The notes: generated from the sequence alone by a model not told the origin. A stretch of DNA of 35,874 nt from an uncultured Mollicutes bacterium (GCA_945923475.1 CAMELE010000001.1:1-35874), one strand, 5' to 3'; shown: positions 14,811-24,962, numbered from the stretch's first letter. Numbers and translations are program-made.

Positions 14811-15787
14811 TTGACTAATCCTCCAATACAATCTTTACAATACTCGCTGTGTGGGTTCGCAGGGTCAATCTCAAATGCCTCTTCACACTCCGCACACCAT
14901 TCAACATTACTGGGAATACAATCAGGACAATAAAAACATGTATGTCCATCTAATCCTTTTACTGGAAATGTTTCATATTCACTAAATAACTGACCGCATC
15001 CTCTACAATGAACGTAGAATCCATCGCCATCAGTTGGAAAATTCTTACAAATATTATCGAACCAAATACTATGATAATTACGATAATATTCAAAATTAGG
15101 AATATCTTTCTCTTTGAGCATGCGGATTACCTTATTAATCGTATCAAAAAGAGCACCCGCATTTAATGTTTCAATACGGTTATGTTCATTTTTATAACCT
15201 ACTGAAAGATTCACGCCACAAATTTTCCATTCAGGACATAAAACACTAATATCACTAAACGTGCCAAAATCCTCTACAAATCCAAAAGATTCAATGTAAT
15301 CAATGAATTTAGGATTGTAAAGATCATAAAACACACAATCATTTGTGCCTTGTCTATCCAACTGAATAATGTATTTCAGATTGGGAAATGGACACTCAAA
15401 ATATTGTAATACTAATGCTTCGGCGCCCAATCCACCAATTTCTTCATCAGTGGTAAAAATAATAGAAGGGCGCAAAGATGTATTTCTCAAAATATGAAGA
15501 ATCGCATATACTCCTGCTCTATCATCTGCGCCAAGACCATCGGGCGACCAAAGCACATTTTTTCTTGTATCATAATATAAATCTTTGACCGGTTTCTCAA
15601 ACACAGTATCAAGATGAGCCACTAAAGCAATCGGAATATCGCCAACCGCACAAACATACTCTTTAGTAATAACTACTTCAGTATATTTAGCTTTCAATAC
15701 ATCGGCAACATATTCTCTTAACTCATCTTGCGTCGAGCGAACCAGATATTCAAATAACCAAAGTTCATTAGTTTTAAAACCTCTCAC
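14681..15787 (-). CDS. M42/M28-family metallopeptidase-like protein with C-terminal zinc-ribbon extension (368 aa)
   Basis: Metal-ligand motifs AHLDTV, GADDRAG and TTDEEIGGLGA (compare M42 HMDEIG / DDR.G / QEEVGLRGA). C-terminal CRGCG...CFYCPDC...CAECE...CKDC. Its 3' end overlaps the next gene by ~130 nt. Confidence 0.7.
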   Translation of the reverse strand: MRGFKTNELWLFEYLVRSTQDELREYVADVLKAKYTEVVITKEYVCAVGDIPIALVAHLDTVFEKPVKDLYYDTRKNVLWSPDGLGADDRAGVYAILHILRNTSLRPSIIFTTDEEIGGLGAEALVLQYFECPFPNLKYIIQLDRQGTNDCVFYDLYNPKFIDYIESFGFVEDFGTFSDISVLCPEWKICGVNLSVGYKNEHNRIETLNAGALFDTINKVIRMLKEKDIPNFEYYRNYHSIWFDNICKNFPTDGDGFYVHCRGCGQLFSEYETFPVKGLDGHTCFYCPDCIPSNVEWCAECEEAFEIDPANPHSEYCKDCIGGLVKCHMTSTSKALENSSTKSSVTPKESVIQKQKNYSKDSSKPKKT

Positions 15788-15838
15788 AGTTTATTCTCCT
15801 ATCTTTTATCTTATATTTATATTATAACATTATTTTTT

Positions 15839-16639
15839 TTATTTGTCAATTGAGTCTTCTTCCGCCTCGGGGATAGGATTATTCTGCTTACTTGCTTGAA
15901 CGGCTTTATCTATAACACGAGAAAATATAAATGCGGTTTCACAATAATGACACGTCCCTTGTCGCTGACAACGCTGACCGCAATTGATGCGGTTTGGGCC
16001 AAAATCTTCGGGGATTCCACGATTATCCGCATTATAATTTAAATTAGTTAATAAAAGGTTTAGATTACCTTGCCAATGACCACTTTGATAGATATCCAAA
16101 AGCACAGCTTCTTTAGAGAGCGCAGGTTCATCGAATTCTAAAGTTGAGACATATGTTCCATAATAATCTACGTCTTCCGGTCGGACGTAGGAACCGCATA
16201 TTCCATTTTCTCTTGGAAGGTTATCGTCATAACACTTATTCGCAATCATACGAATTGGAACTTTTGCTTGTTGATTTAATTGTCTTAAATCAAATGTAAG
16301 TGGTGCTCCGATGAAAAGTTCGCTAACTCCAAGATCAAGAAGAACGCGGACTTCTGCCCATGTGGTAGCAGGATAAGCAAAATAATACTTTACATCGATA
16401 TTACATCCATTGCGGGTAAGCATATCTTCAAATGCTACAATAAGATCGACTTTATCCTTAAATGAATCAATCTCTTCCCAATTCACTTCTTCATTTTTGC
16501 GGATTCTGATAATATATCGTTTATTTGGGAATTTCTAAATCATATCATACATAATATTTATATCATTATAATTAACCATAAGTTCATCAGCCTTCTCGCG
16601 GACAACATCAGGTTGGCGCACAGAAACACAATATTTCAA
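15839..16639 (-). CDS. hypothetical protein, 266 aa, with one in-frame TAG and a probable TTG start
   Basis: The track ORF 15839..16486 extends upstream in frame through one TAG to a TTG 9 nt after AAAGGAG. An in-frame TGA lies just 5' of that, so no further extension. 801 nt, an exact multiple of 3. C-terminal CGQRCQRQGTCHYCE. Confidence 0.55.
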
Positions 16640-16663
16640 ATTATATCACTCCTTTATAATATA

Positions 16664-16692
16664 ATTATAACAAAAAACTCCAATTTTGTCAA
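16664..16692 (-). promoter_or_regulatory. perfect sigma70 consensus promoter TTGACA-N17-TATAAT driving the 15839..16639 gene
   Basis: Minus-strand reading TTGACAAAATTGGAGTTTTTTGTTATAAT, then TATATTATAAAGGAGTGATATAATTTG. Confidence 0.65.
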
Positions 16693-16737
16693 GAAAATTC
16701 TAAACGGCTTTTTACTTTTGGGCTTTCGGTATATGCG

Positions 16738-16790
16738 ACCAGCACCGGTCGGAGCAGATGACAAGAAAAAATGGACTGAAAAATTTTCAG
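16738..16790 (-). terminator. rho-independent terminator of the 16811..17227 gene
   Basis: AAATGGACTGAAAA-TTTTT-CAGTCCATTT hairpin followed by a T-run on the minus strand. Confidence 0.6.
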
Positions 16791-16810
16791 TCCATTTAAT
16801 CGTTTGGCTC

Positions 16811-17227
16811 TTAATCCTCGGCGACAATCTTGCGATAAGCCACTTTCTTTGAAGCCTTACCGCCATCAACGCCAGGGACAGAAACCTCAGTCTTCTCCGC
16901 GCGGTTTTCGCTCATAAGAGTGCGAAGTCGATAGCTTGCCTTCTGCGCGGAAACGTCTTCATCACCAAGAGCCTTGACAATCTCGGGGATAGTCATAAAC
17001 TCATCGCTGGAAAGAACATCATAAATCTGCTCGGTCAGCTCATCACCCTCAGCACGCTTGGCGGCCGCACGCTCCTTAGCCTTGGCAGTCTTCTTATCAA
17101 GCAATTCAATCTCATGCTCGCAAAATGCAATCACGTCATTGGGATCATACTTGATCTCACCAGTGTGCATAGCTTCGATAATTGCGGTCAGATAATCGCG
17201 CTTAGATACTTTAATTTCATTAGTCAT
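16811..17227 (-). CDS. hypothetical protein (138 aa), locally higher GC
   Basis: ORF track. Lys/Ala/Glu-rich. Followed by the terminator hairpin. Confidence 0.6.
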   Translation of the reverse strand: MTNEIKVSKRDYLTAIIEAMHTGEIKYDPNDVIAFCEHEIELLDKKTAKAKERAAAKRAEGDELTEQIYDVLSSDEFMTIPEIVKALGDEDVSAQKASYRLRTLMSENRAEKTEVSVPGVDGGKASKKVAYRKIVAED

Positions 17228-17317
17228 AATTTTTACCTTAACCTTTCATAAATAACAATTTTATTTTTAGGAAGTATTTCTTCCTTTACCTTACATAAAT
17301 ATTATATATTATTTTTT

Positions 17318-18922
17318 TTAAAAAATCAAAGAAGGTCTTTGATTTGGGTTGGTGCCAATAGCCCAAGAAATAAATTCCTTTTCACTAATATTAAAGAGGT
17401 CTCTGCCCTTTTTAGTGAGAGTTTCTCCATCGACATAATAATTAGAGCGCCAACCATCTCTATCTTCTTCAATTTCACCATTGAAGAAGGTTTTTACTTT
17501 TTTATCCTCACAGCAATCCCAACAAATATCTGTATAGAACCCAACTGGCTTCTTCTGGAATCGAAGGCGGATTTGCTTCATGTCATCATAGTCTTTGCGG
17601 ACTCCGCAACAAGGACAAACTTCTGTGTTTTCGTCATAACAATAAGCGCAGTAAGTTCTTCCATCGACATTGTAAGTGTCATCGACATAAACAATATCAC
17701 CACACTTATCGCACTTTACTGCACCCGAACAACTTGTGCAAATGGTCATTTCTGCGTTATTCTCTCTATCATCGAGGAGAGAATCATCAAGAAGCTCTCC
17801 GCAACACATACACTCAGATTCACCCGAGTAGTTAAGATCAACGCTTTTGTCCGTAGGAATTTTAGTGGAAACGTAAGCATTATGCTCTGAGTAGATATCA
17901 TTATACATGAAATTGGTATCAAGATTGAAATAAATATTTCTGTCAAGCTCGCCAATAATGTTATTACTGTAATTATGAATCTGATTTAAATACTTGGTAT
18001 AAGGGCCAAAACCAAGATTCTGCTCAGCAAGTTTTTTAATCCAAGCAAGACAAATACTTTCAAGATTTTCATTACAATAAGGATAACCCTTAATGCCAAG
18101 GATAAGGCTTTCATCTACGATGAAAAGTTCGCGCCAACGTTTACTATTCCACATTACAGGCTTACCAGCCTTATACCAAAGTTCCATATCCTTATCAGAT
18201 TTAAGGTAAGCTTCGAGGATAATGGGAGAATTCATCATCTCAACGGTTCCCTGACGGTATTCACCACCGCCATTCTGCCATCTCATACAAGAATCCCAAC
18301 CGCAATCATTATCACTCATAGTGATATAGTCAAGAGGATGAATAGAAAGACAGAGTTCACCAGAGATATTTTTCTGATTAAGGAACTGAGAATGAGCGAT
18401 ACGGAACTTTTCATAGATATCGCGGTCAATCTCCAAGATATCACTCATCTTACCAAGCATCTTACTAAGCTTCATACCCTTATTAATCATAAGAGTTTTA
18501 TTGTTATAAGTGAATTTAAAAGATTCCCCATCATAAATGTTAGACATTAAAGGCTCAACATCCAAAAGATTTACCAGATTAAAATACTGAGTATTAGAGA
18601 TGTCTGTTTTAAGATAAAGATCTCTTACCTTATTATTAAAGGTATTTCGGAATTCATATCCATCACCATTTCTGCCGAAATAATCATAAAAATCATCACT
18701 CATATCTTCATAAGTGCGAGAATAACTTACCTTACGAGAAATGATAAGATTATCTCCCAACATTTTATAAAGACTCTGCTTATTATAGGCCCAAAAACGG
18801 AGGATGTAGTCGAGAGATGCCTTCATATCGGAACTATCTCCACCGAGGCCCGCAAAATTACGGATATACCATTCAATCTTTTCGCAATCTTCTTTGGAAA
18901 GGAGTTCAAATAAATTAGCCAT
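17318..18922 (-). CDS. large Cys-rich protein, paralog B (534 aa)
   Basis: GELCLSIHPLDYITMSDN...WDSC...GEYRQG...WNSKRWR core. C-terminal CMCCG...CTSCSGAVKCDKCG...CAYC...CPCCG...CWDCC. Confidence 0.75.
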   Translation of the reverse strand: MANLFELLSKEDCEKIEWYIRNFAGLGGDSSDMKASLDYILRFWAYNKQSLYKMLGDNLIISRKVSYSRTYEDMSDDFYDYFGRNGDGYEFRNTFNNKVRDLYLKTDISNTQYFNLVNLLDVEPLMSNIYDGESFKFTYNNKTLMINKGMKLSKMLGKMSDILEIDRDIYEKFRIAHSQFLNQKNISGELCLSIHPLDYITMSDNDCGWDSCMRWQNGGGEYRQGTVEMMNSPIILEAYLKSDKDMELWYKAGKPVMWNSKRWRELFIVDESLILGIKGYPYCNENLESICLAWIKKLAEQNLGFGPYTKYLNQIHNYSNNIIGELDRNIYFNLDTNFMYNDIYSEHNAYVSTKIPTDKSVDLNYSGESECMCCGELLDDSLLDDRENNAEMTICTSCSGAVKCDKCGDIVYVDDTYNVDGRTYCAYCYDENTEVCPCCGVRKDYDDMKQIRLRFQKKPVGFYTDICWDCCEDKKVKTFFNGEIEEDRDGWRSNYYVDGETLTKKGRDLFNISEKEFISWAIGTNPNQRPSLIF

Positions 18923-18939
18923 ATCTTATCAACCTCTTT

Positions 18940-19040
18940 TTAATATCTTTCTTAACTTTATATATATATTATATTATATTTTTTTATAAAAATAAAGAAA
19001 GCCCTTTGCGGTCAATCAAAGGGCTTTCTTGCGAAAGGGG
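18940..19040 (-). promoter_or_regulatory. promoter/leader cassette preceded by the terminator hairpin AAAGCCCTTTG...CAAAGGGCTTT
   Basis: Plus strand ...tctttcttaactttatatatatattatattatatttttttataaaaataaagaaagccctttgcggtcaatcaaagggctttc. Confidence 0.55.
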
Positions 19041-19051
19041 TTTTATTATAT

Positions 19052-20413
19052 TTACTTACAAAGATTACCCATGAACATGAGCGGAAGAAGATCATCCGCG
19101 TTCTTGGAGTCCTTCATAAGGAAATACATCATCATAGGATTCTTAGAGAAATCCATGCCACCCTGACCGCTCATCATAGAGAGCATCAGCATGGTGTTCA
19201 TGTCAAACTCGCCACTATTCTCACTCATCATGAGGAAGGGGAGCATATTGCCGAACGGATTCTCCGCACTCGGCGCATTCTCAGGACTCTTCATAAAAGA
19301 ATCGAACAGAGAAACAACACGAGTATAGAAGTTAAAGTTGAAGCAATTCTTCGTAGGAAGAATCTTCTTCTCCTCACCAGCCTGCGGATCGACAACCGTA
19401 ATACCGCTATCGCCAACCTCAATTACGAACATAGCCTTGCGGTTATGAACAATAACCATGCCAGGGGCGATATCCTTGATGGCAACCGGCATCTTGTAAA
19501 GGAACTTACCGCCATCAAAGTTAAAGATATCGACGTCGATAATCTCTTTACTCTCAGGGTTGTAAGAAACCCAAGTGCCGTTCGCGTTCTTCACGGCCAA
19601 GCCATACATAGACATACGAATGTTATCAGTGGTGCAGGGGCCAAAATCAAAATTAAACGCCTTCATTTTCTTATTTCCTTTCTTATTATCAACATTATTG
19701 TTAAATGTATTTTGCTCGTTCAAAACTTTATTGATTTGATCATTAATATAATCACTATCAATCATAGCGCACTTATCTTTAATTGCGTCAATTTTGCTAC
19801 CAAGTGTAGTTGTATCAGAGGTAGAGGTAGCGAAAATTGCGTTAGAATTAATCGAAGCAACTTTTCCAGTTTCAAGACTGCAATCGCTATCAGGAACTAC
19901 CGTAATAGGTGTAGTATGTAGCTTTCCAAGAATCTTCTGGGCTTCTTCGTCGGAAATAGTATTTGCGCAAGAAAATTCTGTGTTCCATCCTGTCTTGTCA
20001 AACACTTTGGTATAATCAAGTCCATCCCAGGTCTTGCTTACATTATTATTCTTTTCAGTAGTCTTCTTATACTCGAAAAGTTTTTCAGAGCATTTATTAA
20101 CTGCATAATCATTTGTAAAAATATTACAAATATTATCAAGCAGATACTTACCAAAAGATCCATCAATGCCATCAACAAAAAAAGAATAATTCGTAAAGTA
20201 AACATCAGGGTAAATATCAAAGAAAATCTTATCATTGAGGTCAGATTTGACAACAATTCTGACCTTATTTTTAGAAGTTTTTAGTTTACGCCAAAAGACA
20301 TAATCAATCTTCTGATACTTATTATCTTGAACTGCTTGACTAAATCTATCTAAAATTTTATCAAAAATATTATGTGAGAATTCAAAAATTCCCATTACAT
20401 TAGTTCCAGCCAT
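19052..20413 (-). CDS. hypothetical protein (453 aa) with Met-rich C-terminal tail
   Basis: ORF track. GAGGAG RBS. C-terminal ...MLPFLMMSENSGEFDMNTMLMLSMMSGQGGMDFSKNPMMMYFLMKDSK.... Confidence 0.7.
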   Translation of the reverse strand: MAGTNVMGIFEFSHNIFDKILDRFSQAVQDNKYQKIDYVFWRKLKTSKNKVRIVVKSDLNDKIFFDIYPDVYFTNYSFFVDGIDGSFGKYLLDNICNIFTNDYAVNKCSEKLFEYKKTTEKNNNVSKTWDGLDYTKVFDKTGWNTEFSCANTISDEEAQKILGKLHTTPITVVPDSDCSLETGKVASINSNAIFATSTSDTTTLGSKIDAIKDKCAMIDSDYINDQINKVLNEQNTFNNNVDNKKGNKKMKAFNFDFGPCTTDNIRMSMYGLAVKNANGTWVSYNPESKEIIDVDIFNFDGGKFLYKMPVAIKDIAPGMVIVHNRKAMFVIEVGDSGITVVDPQAGEEKKILPTKNCFNFNFYTRVVSLFDSFMKSPENAPSAENPFGNMLPFLMMSENSGEFDMNTMLMLSMMSGQGGMDFSKNPMMMYFLMKDSKNADDLLPLMFMGNLCK

Positions 20414-20567
20414 TTAATCTCCTCTCCACTTCTCGTCGGATATATTCCATATCAATACTCGTCAAAGTGAGTTCAGTCTGGAAAGTCGTCGCGCCCGCAC
20501 TAATTTCCTTGATAATTCTTTCAAGTTCCTCAGTGTGATTCGCATAACACATAAACAAATTATCCAT
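20403..20567 (-). CDS. small hypothetical protein (54 aa)
   Basis: ATG overlaps the upstream stop as TAATG. MDNLFMCYANHTEELERIIKEISAGATTFQ.... Ends 11 nt into the next gene. Confidence 0.45.
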
Positions 20568-20842
20568 TACTCCACCCATTCTTTGGCATTTTCATCGTCC
20601 CAAAATAGAATAAACTCAGTATAAGCTGTACCATCCTTGTCTTTCTCAATAAGGATATTTAGCATATCATTGTAGCCACTATTTTCCGGATAATCAGTTT
20701 CCCAAATTTCACGAATGCTATAATAATCCTCATGCGGATTCGCCAAATGGGTAATAAATTCCTCTACGGTCCAAGTTTCAGTAGGTGAACAAAACACCAA
20801 GCCATGATACTCACTATGAACCGCAATTACTCTCTTAACCAT
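20567..20842 (-). CDS. hypothetical protein (91 aa)
   Basis: ORF track. Confidence 0.6.
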   Translation of the reverse strand: MVKRVIAVHSEYHGLVFCSPTETWTVEEFITHLANPHEDYYSIREIWETDYPENSGYNDMLNILIEKDKDGTAYTEFILFWDDENAKEWVE

Positions 20843-21077
20843 TGTTATCTTCTCCTAATATATCACAAATTGCCTGATGACTAAAAGTAATCTTTGCTTC
20901 AAGGTAAGGAACTGTTTTATCATCAGCGATAATAATTTCCACAAAAGCAATATCATATTTATAGAAATATACAATACGCTTAATTGCTTCCAAGTAATCA
21001 GAGGCTACCATTACGCCCTGAAAATCTTCCTTTTCTGGGTCTACTGCATGAACATGAGCTATGTAGTGATACTCCAT
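20835..21077 (-). CDS. hypothetical protein (80 aa)
   Basis: ORF track. Confidence 0.6.
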   Translation of the reverse strand: MEYHYIAHVHAVDPEKEDFQGVMVASDYLEAIKRIVYFYKYDIAFVEIIIADDKTVPYLEAKITFSHQAICDILGEDNNG

Positions 21078-21110
21078 AATAAATAACCTCTTTTTTTATT
21101 TTCTATATAT

Positions 21111-21139
21111 ATTATATATTATTTTTTTAAAAATGTCAA
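21111..21139 (-). promoter_or_regulatory. perfect sigma70 consensus promoter TTGACA-N17-TATAAT (cassette copy)
   Basis: Minus-strand reading TTGACATTTTTAAAAAAATAATATATAAT, followed by ATATATAGAAAATAAAAAAAGAGG and the ATG at 21077. Confidence 0.65.
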
Positions 21140-21146
21140 AAAGATC

Positions 21147-21431
21147 TTACCAACCACGACACACGAGCATGCTTATATAGTCAGTATCACAAAAGGCATT
21201 GCGAAGTTCGGCATAAACACGATTCACGTTAGCGAAAATTTCGCGTTCATCTTCATCAACAAGAGATAAATCTTCATCATTGTTAATGAAATAAACTTCG
21301 GTATAACTTTGGTCATCAAGGATAACGTCTAAAACATCATCAATGTCATTCTCTGACCATTCAGGAAAAGTATCACGAAGCCAAATTATAAATTGATTTT
21401 CATATACAATAGGTTTCAAAGTGTAATCCAT
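21147..21431 (-). CDS. hypothetical acidic protein (94 aa)
   Basis: ORF track. Cassette upstream (21432-21500). Confidence 0.6.
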   Translation of the reverse strand: MDYTLKPIVYENQFIIWLRDTFPEWSENDIDDVLDVILDDQSYTEVYFINNDEDLSLVDEDEREIFANVNRVYAELRNAFCDTDYISMLVCRGW

Positions 21432-21512
21432 ATAAAAAAAGTCCTTTCTTAACTTTCTATAAATATTATATAATAATATTTATAAAAAATCAAAAAAGGA
21501 CTTTTAATTTAT

Positions 21513-22184
21513 TTAATTATTGAATAAATCAGTATCAATGATGGCGAAATTCGCACGATGAATATATACTGCCTTGCCATCAATCGTCAACTGAGTAGTT
21601 TTAGGAAGATTCTTTGGAATACTCCAAGAGACGTTATCTCCTACAAACATACAAATGGGGTCGCCCATCTGAGACTGAATTACCACAATCTTACTACCGG
21701 CATCTGCATTGTTCAAATCCTTAGACTTCCAATACCACCAAGAAAGATCCCAATACTCATCCCAACTGCGATCAGTAGGCGCGGAAATGCTGGCTCCATT
21801 GCCACTTGTAGTCGAGGCTTCCGCGGGAATATCTACATCATACTGAGTAAGACGGCTATCAGCAAAAACAATAGTAGAACCGCAACTCTCAATACTCTTG
21901 CCATCAATGTCAATGCTTACAACCGACGAAAGAGAATAAGAACTAACCCAACTACCATCAGTGCTATAAGCCCATTCCTTTACCTTATTAGGCTTAATGT
22001 CGAAGGTCTCGCCTTCACACTGAAACCACTGAGCGCCATGATTATCATAGAAAGTAGCGAGGAAAGAAAGCTTAACATCGCCGTCCTCCGGCTCAGCGGT
22101 AATTGTAGTTGTTTCTGGACTGTCGCATGCGGTCAACGAAAGGCAAAGGATAATCGCAATAATACCACAAATAAATCTCTTCAT
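21513..22184 (-). CDS. putative lipoprotein (223 aa)
   Basis: N-terminal MKRFICGIIAIILCLSLTAC: signal peptide plus lipobox. Confidence 0.65.
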   Translation of the reverse strand: MKRFICGIIAIILCLSLTACDSPETTTITAEPEDGDVKLSFLATFYDNHGAQWFQCEGETFDIKPNKVKEWAYSTDGSWVSSYSLSSVVSIDIDGKSIESCGSTIVFADSRLTQYDVDIPAEASTTSGNGASISAPTDRSWDEYWDLSWWYWKSKDLNNADAGSKIVVIQSQMGDPICMFVGDNVSWSIPKNLPKTTQLTIDGKAVYIHRANFAIIDTDLFNN

Positions 22185-22187
22185 AAT

Positions 22188-22364
22188 TTAATGCTCCTTT
22201 GGATTATTTTCCATATAATTTTTGATACGTTCACCATCAAATCGAGAAGGACATTTGAGACAAATATAAGTATTATAACTACTGCACCAATGCTTCTCAG
22301 TTCCATCAGGATTGATGGTGGGATTTAAAGTGTCATACGCACAATAAATAGGTTCCATTTCCAT
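22188..22364 (-). CDS. small Cys-rich (zinc-ribbon-like) protein, 58 aa
   Basis: GAGGTAAAATA then ATG. MEMEPIYCAYDTLNPTINPDGTEKHWCSSYNTYICLKCPSRF.... Below the ORF-track size cutoff. Confidence 0.5.
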   Translation of the reverse strand: MEMEPIYCAYDTLNPTINPDGTEKHWCSSYNTYICLKCPSRFDGERIKNYMENNPKEH

Positions 22365-23083
22365 TATTTTACCTCACTACATCTTGTTAATGTGTTAATC
22401 TTTACATTCTTACGAACATCTTGTGATTTCACGGTTCCGCGGATATGATAAGTATTTCCAACAGTCCAATCACTCTTGGAAGAAGTAATCCACATAAACT
22501 GATTACCATCGGCATCACTCATAGAGTAAGCAATAGTATGACCATATTTGCTTTCAAGAGCGTGCTTATCATCAATTTTCACGGTGATATCAATGCGATC
22601 GCCGATATTGCCGATCCACTGAGCCAAACTCTCATCATACACAAGGGCATCAACTGCGTGCTTTACCACTTCTTCACGATAAAGCTCGCCATCTGCTCCG
22701 CCAACCTTATCCCAATCAAGACGAATTGGTTCAACGTCTGCGGGAAGCGCGGGAATTTCATCACATGAACGGAAATACCAACCCCACAACCGCGTATAAC
22801 GTGCGGAACTCATCTTAAACCAATCATTCTCTTCATCACAATTACCTTTGAAAATCGTGATGTAGCCCGCATCGCCAAATCCAAGAACCTGACGATGCGG
22901 AGCCATCTTAGTTGCTACCTCTTGGGATTTTTCAGGGTAAAGCTTGGCATACTCCGCGTCTTCATACCAACGCACCTGTCTCACATTAAGAGTTCGGGGA
23001 TGCTGAACCTGAATATACTTTTTTCCACCGGAAATATAAACATCACCGATTACTTTATATGACTGAAAACTCGGAGCTACCAT
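22364..23083 (-). CDS. hypothetical protein (239 aa)
   Basis: ORF track. Confidence 0.7.
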   Translation of the reverse strand: MVAPSFQSYKVIGDVYISGGKKYIQVQHPRTLNVRQVRWYEDAEYAKLYPEKSQEVATKMAPHRQVLGFGDAGYITIFKGNCDEENDWFKMSSARYTRLWGWYFRSCDEIPALPADVEPIRLDWDKVGGADGELYREEVVKHAVDALVYDESLAQWIGNIGDRIDITVKIDDKHALESKYGHTIAYSMSDADGNQFMWITSSKSDWTVGNTYHIRGTVKSQDVRKNVKINTLTRCSEVK

Positions 23084-23086
23084 ATT

Positions 23087-23374
23087 TTACGCCTCCCACA
23101 TACTAACTATGCTAAAATGTTTTTCGTGATCTAAGATATAAGCTTCAAGTGTTTCATATTTCTTAGAGTTATTACACTTATTATATAGCTCAAAAGAGTC
23201 TTTCATACTATCAAAATAATCCTCAATGGACAAATCGTGATAAACACAAGACCAAAGAAAATCATCATAAGTTTTTTCTTCATAAAAAGAAAGAAGCATT
23301 TCATATGCATCTGAAAGATCACCGCAAGCTAAAACGGGGCTAAATTCATCCCATATTAAATAAACTCTTTTCAT
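23087..23374 (-). CDS. hypothetical protein (95 aa)
   Basis: ORF track. Confidence 0.6.
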   Translation of the reverse strand: MKRVYLIWDEFSPVLACGDLSDAYEMLLSFYEEKTYDDFLWSCVYHDLSIEDYFDSMKDSFELYNKCNNSKKYETLEAYILDHEKHFSIVSMWEA

Positions 23375-23685
23375 AGAATTGTTCGCTCCTCAATATAATA
23401 TTTATGGCTCTTAAACTGAATTGCGAAACCTTCGGTTGTGGTATAGTGAGACTTCATTGCTTTAAGTTTACTATACCAATCTTTCAAACTGGCAACCTCG
23501 TTCCACCACTTTTCCGGTTCAGTGGTAAGATAAGAACTGGTGAATCGTACAGTATCATTAAGGAATCGCTCATACATTGCTTCCTCTTGGAGAGAAAGAA
23601 CTGTCTCCTGAGCGTCATCAATAGTTTCTGCAAGAAGAACAATCTCCTCAGTCTCATTGTCCCTAATAGCGTAAATCGTTTTCAT
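23371..23685 (-). CDS. hypothetical protein (104 aa)
   Basis: ORF track. Confidence 0.6.
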   Translation of the reverse strand: MKTIYAIRDNETEEIVLLAETIDDAQETVLSLQEEAMYERFLNDTVRFTSSYLTTEPEKWWNEVASLKDWYSKLKAMKSHYTTTEGFAIQFKSHKYYIEERTIL

Positions 23686-23700
23686 AATTAAACCTCCTTG

Positions 23701-23970
23701 TTAATTCTCCATCAAATAATCAAATCCATAACCACACAAATGACCTTCCTCAATCCAAGAGACAAAGCAAGCACCGCCTTCTCTATTGGGCCATTCGGAA
23801 CAAGAGAGATTCCATTGCTGAATACTAAGATGATTAAAATATTCAAGAATTTTATCAATTGCGCTCTCGTCGCAAGTCATTACATCATAACCACCATGGC
23901 CATACTCAACGCAAATATTCTCAATATCTTCTTCAATTTTAGAATAAGGAATATTAACAGTGCCAAGCAT
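23701..23970 (-). CDS. hypothetical protein (89 aa)
   Basis: ORF track. Confidence 0.6.
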   Translation of the reverse strand: MLGTVNIPYSKIEEDIENICVEYGHGGYDVMTCDESAIDKILEYFNHLSIQQWNLSCSEWPNREGGACFVSWIEEGHLCGYGFDYLMEN

Positions 23971-24076
23971 AAGCGTCTCTCCTTTTTTTTATCTTCTCTT
24001 TAACTTTCTATAAATATTATAATATATTTTTTTATAAAAATAAAGAAAGACCTTATGATTTACATAAGGTCTTTAA

Positions 24077-24355
24077 TCATCGCCGTATAGAGAAATGGAG
24101 CAAACCCGCAATCATTTCGCGGTTCTTAATATCTTTCTTGAGAGTCTCAGGGCAACAACCAGTAGTTTCCTCAATATAAGAAATGAGTTCCGCATTGCGG
24201 GCACGCGCTTCCGCGAGCTCTTTCTTCGCGGTTTCCAGTTCCTCTTGGGCTTCCACAAGTTCTCTACAAAGTTGAAGATTACGCGCTTGAAGTTTAACCT
24301 TCTCGCGCTCAAAAGCAAGGTCTTTCGCGCTCTTCTTATACTTACTCGTTGCCAT
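24077..24355 (-). CDS. coiled-coil protein (92 aa)
   Basis: ORF track. Heptad-like LQARNLQLCRELVEAQEELETAKKELAEARARNAEL. Confidence 0.6.
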   Translation of the reverse strand: MATSKYKKSAKDLAFEREKVKLQARNLQLCRELVEAQEELETAKKELAEARARNAELISYIEETTGCCPETLKKDIKNREMIAGLLHFSIRR

Positions 24356-24941
24356 TAAGATTCATCTCCTTATTATAAAGCTCCTCGTAAATCTGACAAG
24401 TCTCAGGATAAACATATACGCCATACTGATTATAATATTCAATAGCGAAATGCTCCTCAAAGGTTTCAATCTGAGCATCAATCTCAATGTTAGAATAACC
24501 CTTAACCTTGATATACACCGGATCGCCAACACGTTCGTTAGAGACAGAATTATAATAATCAATGCGATAATACTCTTCGCGCATTTCATTATCCTCTTCC
24601 TCTTCAAGGCCATTAGCTCGATCCCAAAGAGTGTCAAGCATCTGCTCATAAGGGAAGAAACCAAACTCAGGGAACTTTTTACCGAAGACCATTTCAATGC
24701 CTTCGGGATACTCTTCGAACTCAGACACTTCAAATGCACTGAGAAAATCGTTGACATTGCTATATTCAATTTCCTCATTGGTGCCGATCTGATAAATAAA
24801 TGGCAAACCACATTCAATATCTGCAACGATCGCATTCACAGTCGCAGTATAGTGCTCGTATTCCTTTTCGTCCATAATAGAAAAGCCATCAATAAACATT
24901 TCATCAGCCCAGCTATCTTTATAATTAACATAATAAAACAT
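24342..24941 (-). CDS. acidic hypothetical protein (199 aa)
   Basis: ORF track. Confidence 0.65.
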   Translation of the reverse strand: MFYYVNYKDSWADEMFIDGFSIMDEKEYEHYTATVNAIVADIECGLPFIYQIGTNEEIEYSNVNDFLSAFEVSEFEEYPEGIEMVFGKKFPEFGFFPYEQMLDTLWDRANGLEEEEDNEMREEYYRIDYYNSVSNERVGDPVYIKVKGYSNIEIDAQIETFEEHFAIEYYNQYGVYVYPETCQIYEELYNKEMNLNGNE

Positions 24942-24962
24942 ATTGATTACTCCTCCACAATC

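Noticed and set aside
14681-14831. Treating the 13380.. gene start at 14831 as given by the ORF track
   Set aside because: The first seven codons have no paralog support. Homology to the 17318..18922 product begins near the Met at 14810. Even so, a ~130-nt overlap with the peptidase gene persists and is reported as a finding.
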